Source: Mobula hypostoma (lineage: Eukaryota). Taken from it: 64,000 nt of DNA. The stretch lies in contig NC_086108.1 in the NCBI RefSeq assembly GCF_963921235.1, forward strand, positions 80,106,001-80,170,000, written 5' to 3'. Made by a program: the position numbers and the translations under genes. This document shows, piece after piece, positions 63,840 to 64,000 of this stretch. Position 1 is the first letter of the stretch. Each line of letters opens with the position of its first letter. Under the pieces are notes generated by a model, which saw only the letters and a list, made by a program, of their open reading frames with translations, ran no database searches and was not told the DNA's origin.

Positions 63840-64000
63840 ATGAAAACAGGCCATTTGGCTCAAAATGTATAAACTACTGGACATCCATCCACATTCATCC
63901 TGTCCTCCAGCACTGATCCACAGCCTTCTGTGCTGAGGTGATTCAAGTACAAGTCTACAAACTTCTTTAATATTGTCAGCAACTTTGCTTCTACCATTCT

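Overview
This is vertebrate genomic DNA, not prokaryotic. The repeat content (CR1, Neptune-type Penelope, Rex1/Babar-like, RTE, AT-rich L1, V-SINE) suggests a cartilaginous fish, probably a ray; that assignment is inference. The only host gene I can support is the 3' part of EIF2B3 (eIF2B gamma) on the minus strand. Four coding exons (51429-51506, 47948-48096, 22480-22583, 8545-8597) splice in frame with canonical GT-AG sites to give [127 protein letters not shown]. None of these exons appears in the correct frame in the ORF track. Most of the rest is nested, decayed retroelements, including an internally deleted Gypsy-type LTR element and Penelope ends carrying minimal hammerhead ribozymes. 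I found no convincing new multi-gene system. The most unusual signals are: two perfect antisense copies of the exon-10 splice donor just inside the intron, a micro-exon-like splice cassette 34 nt upstream of exon 9, an isolated 52-bp-arm hairpin at 40076-40184, and repeated inverted Penelope-end insertions that break at the hammerhead. Exon numbers follow human EIF2B3 from memory. Repeat boundaries are approximate unless a target-site duplication (TSD) is quoted.
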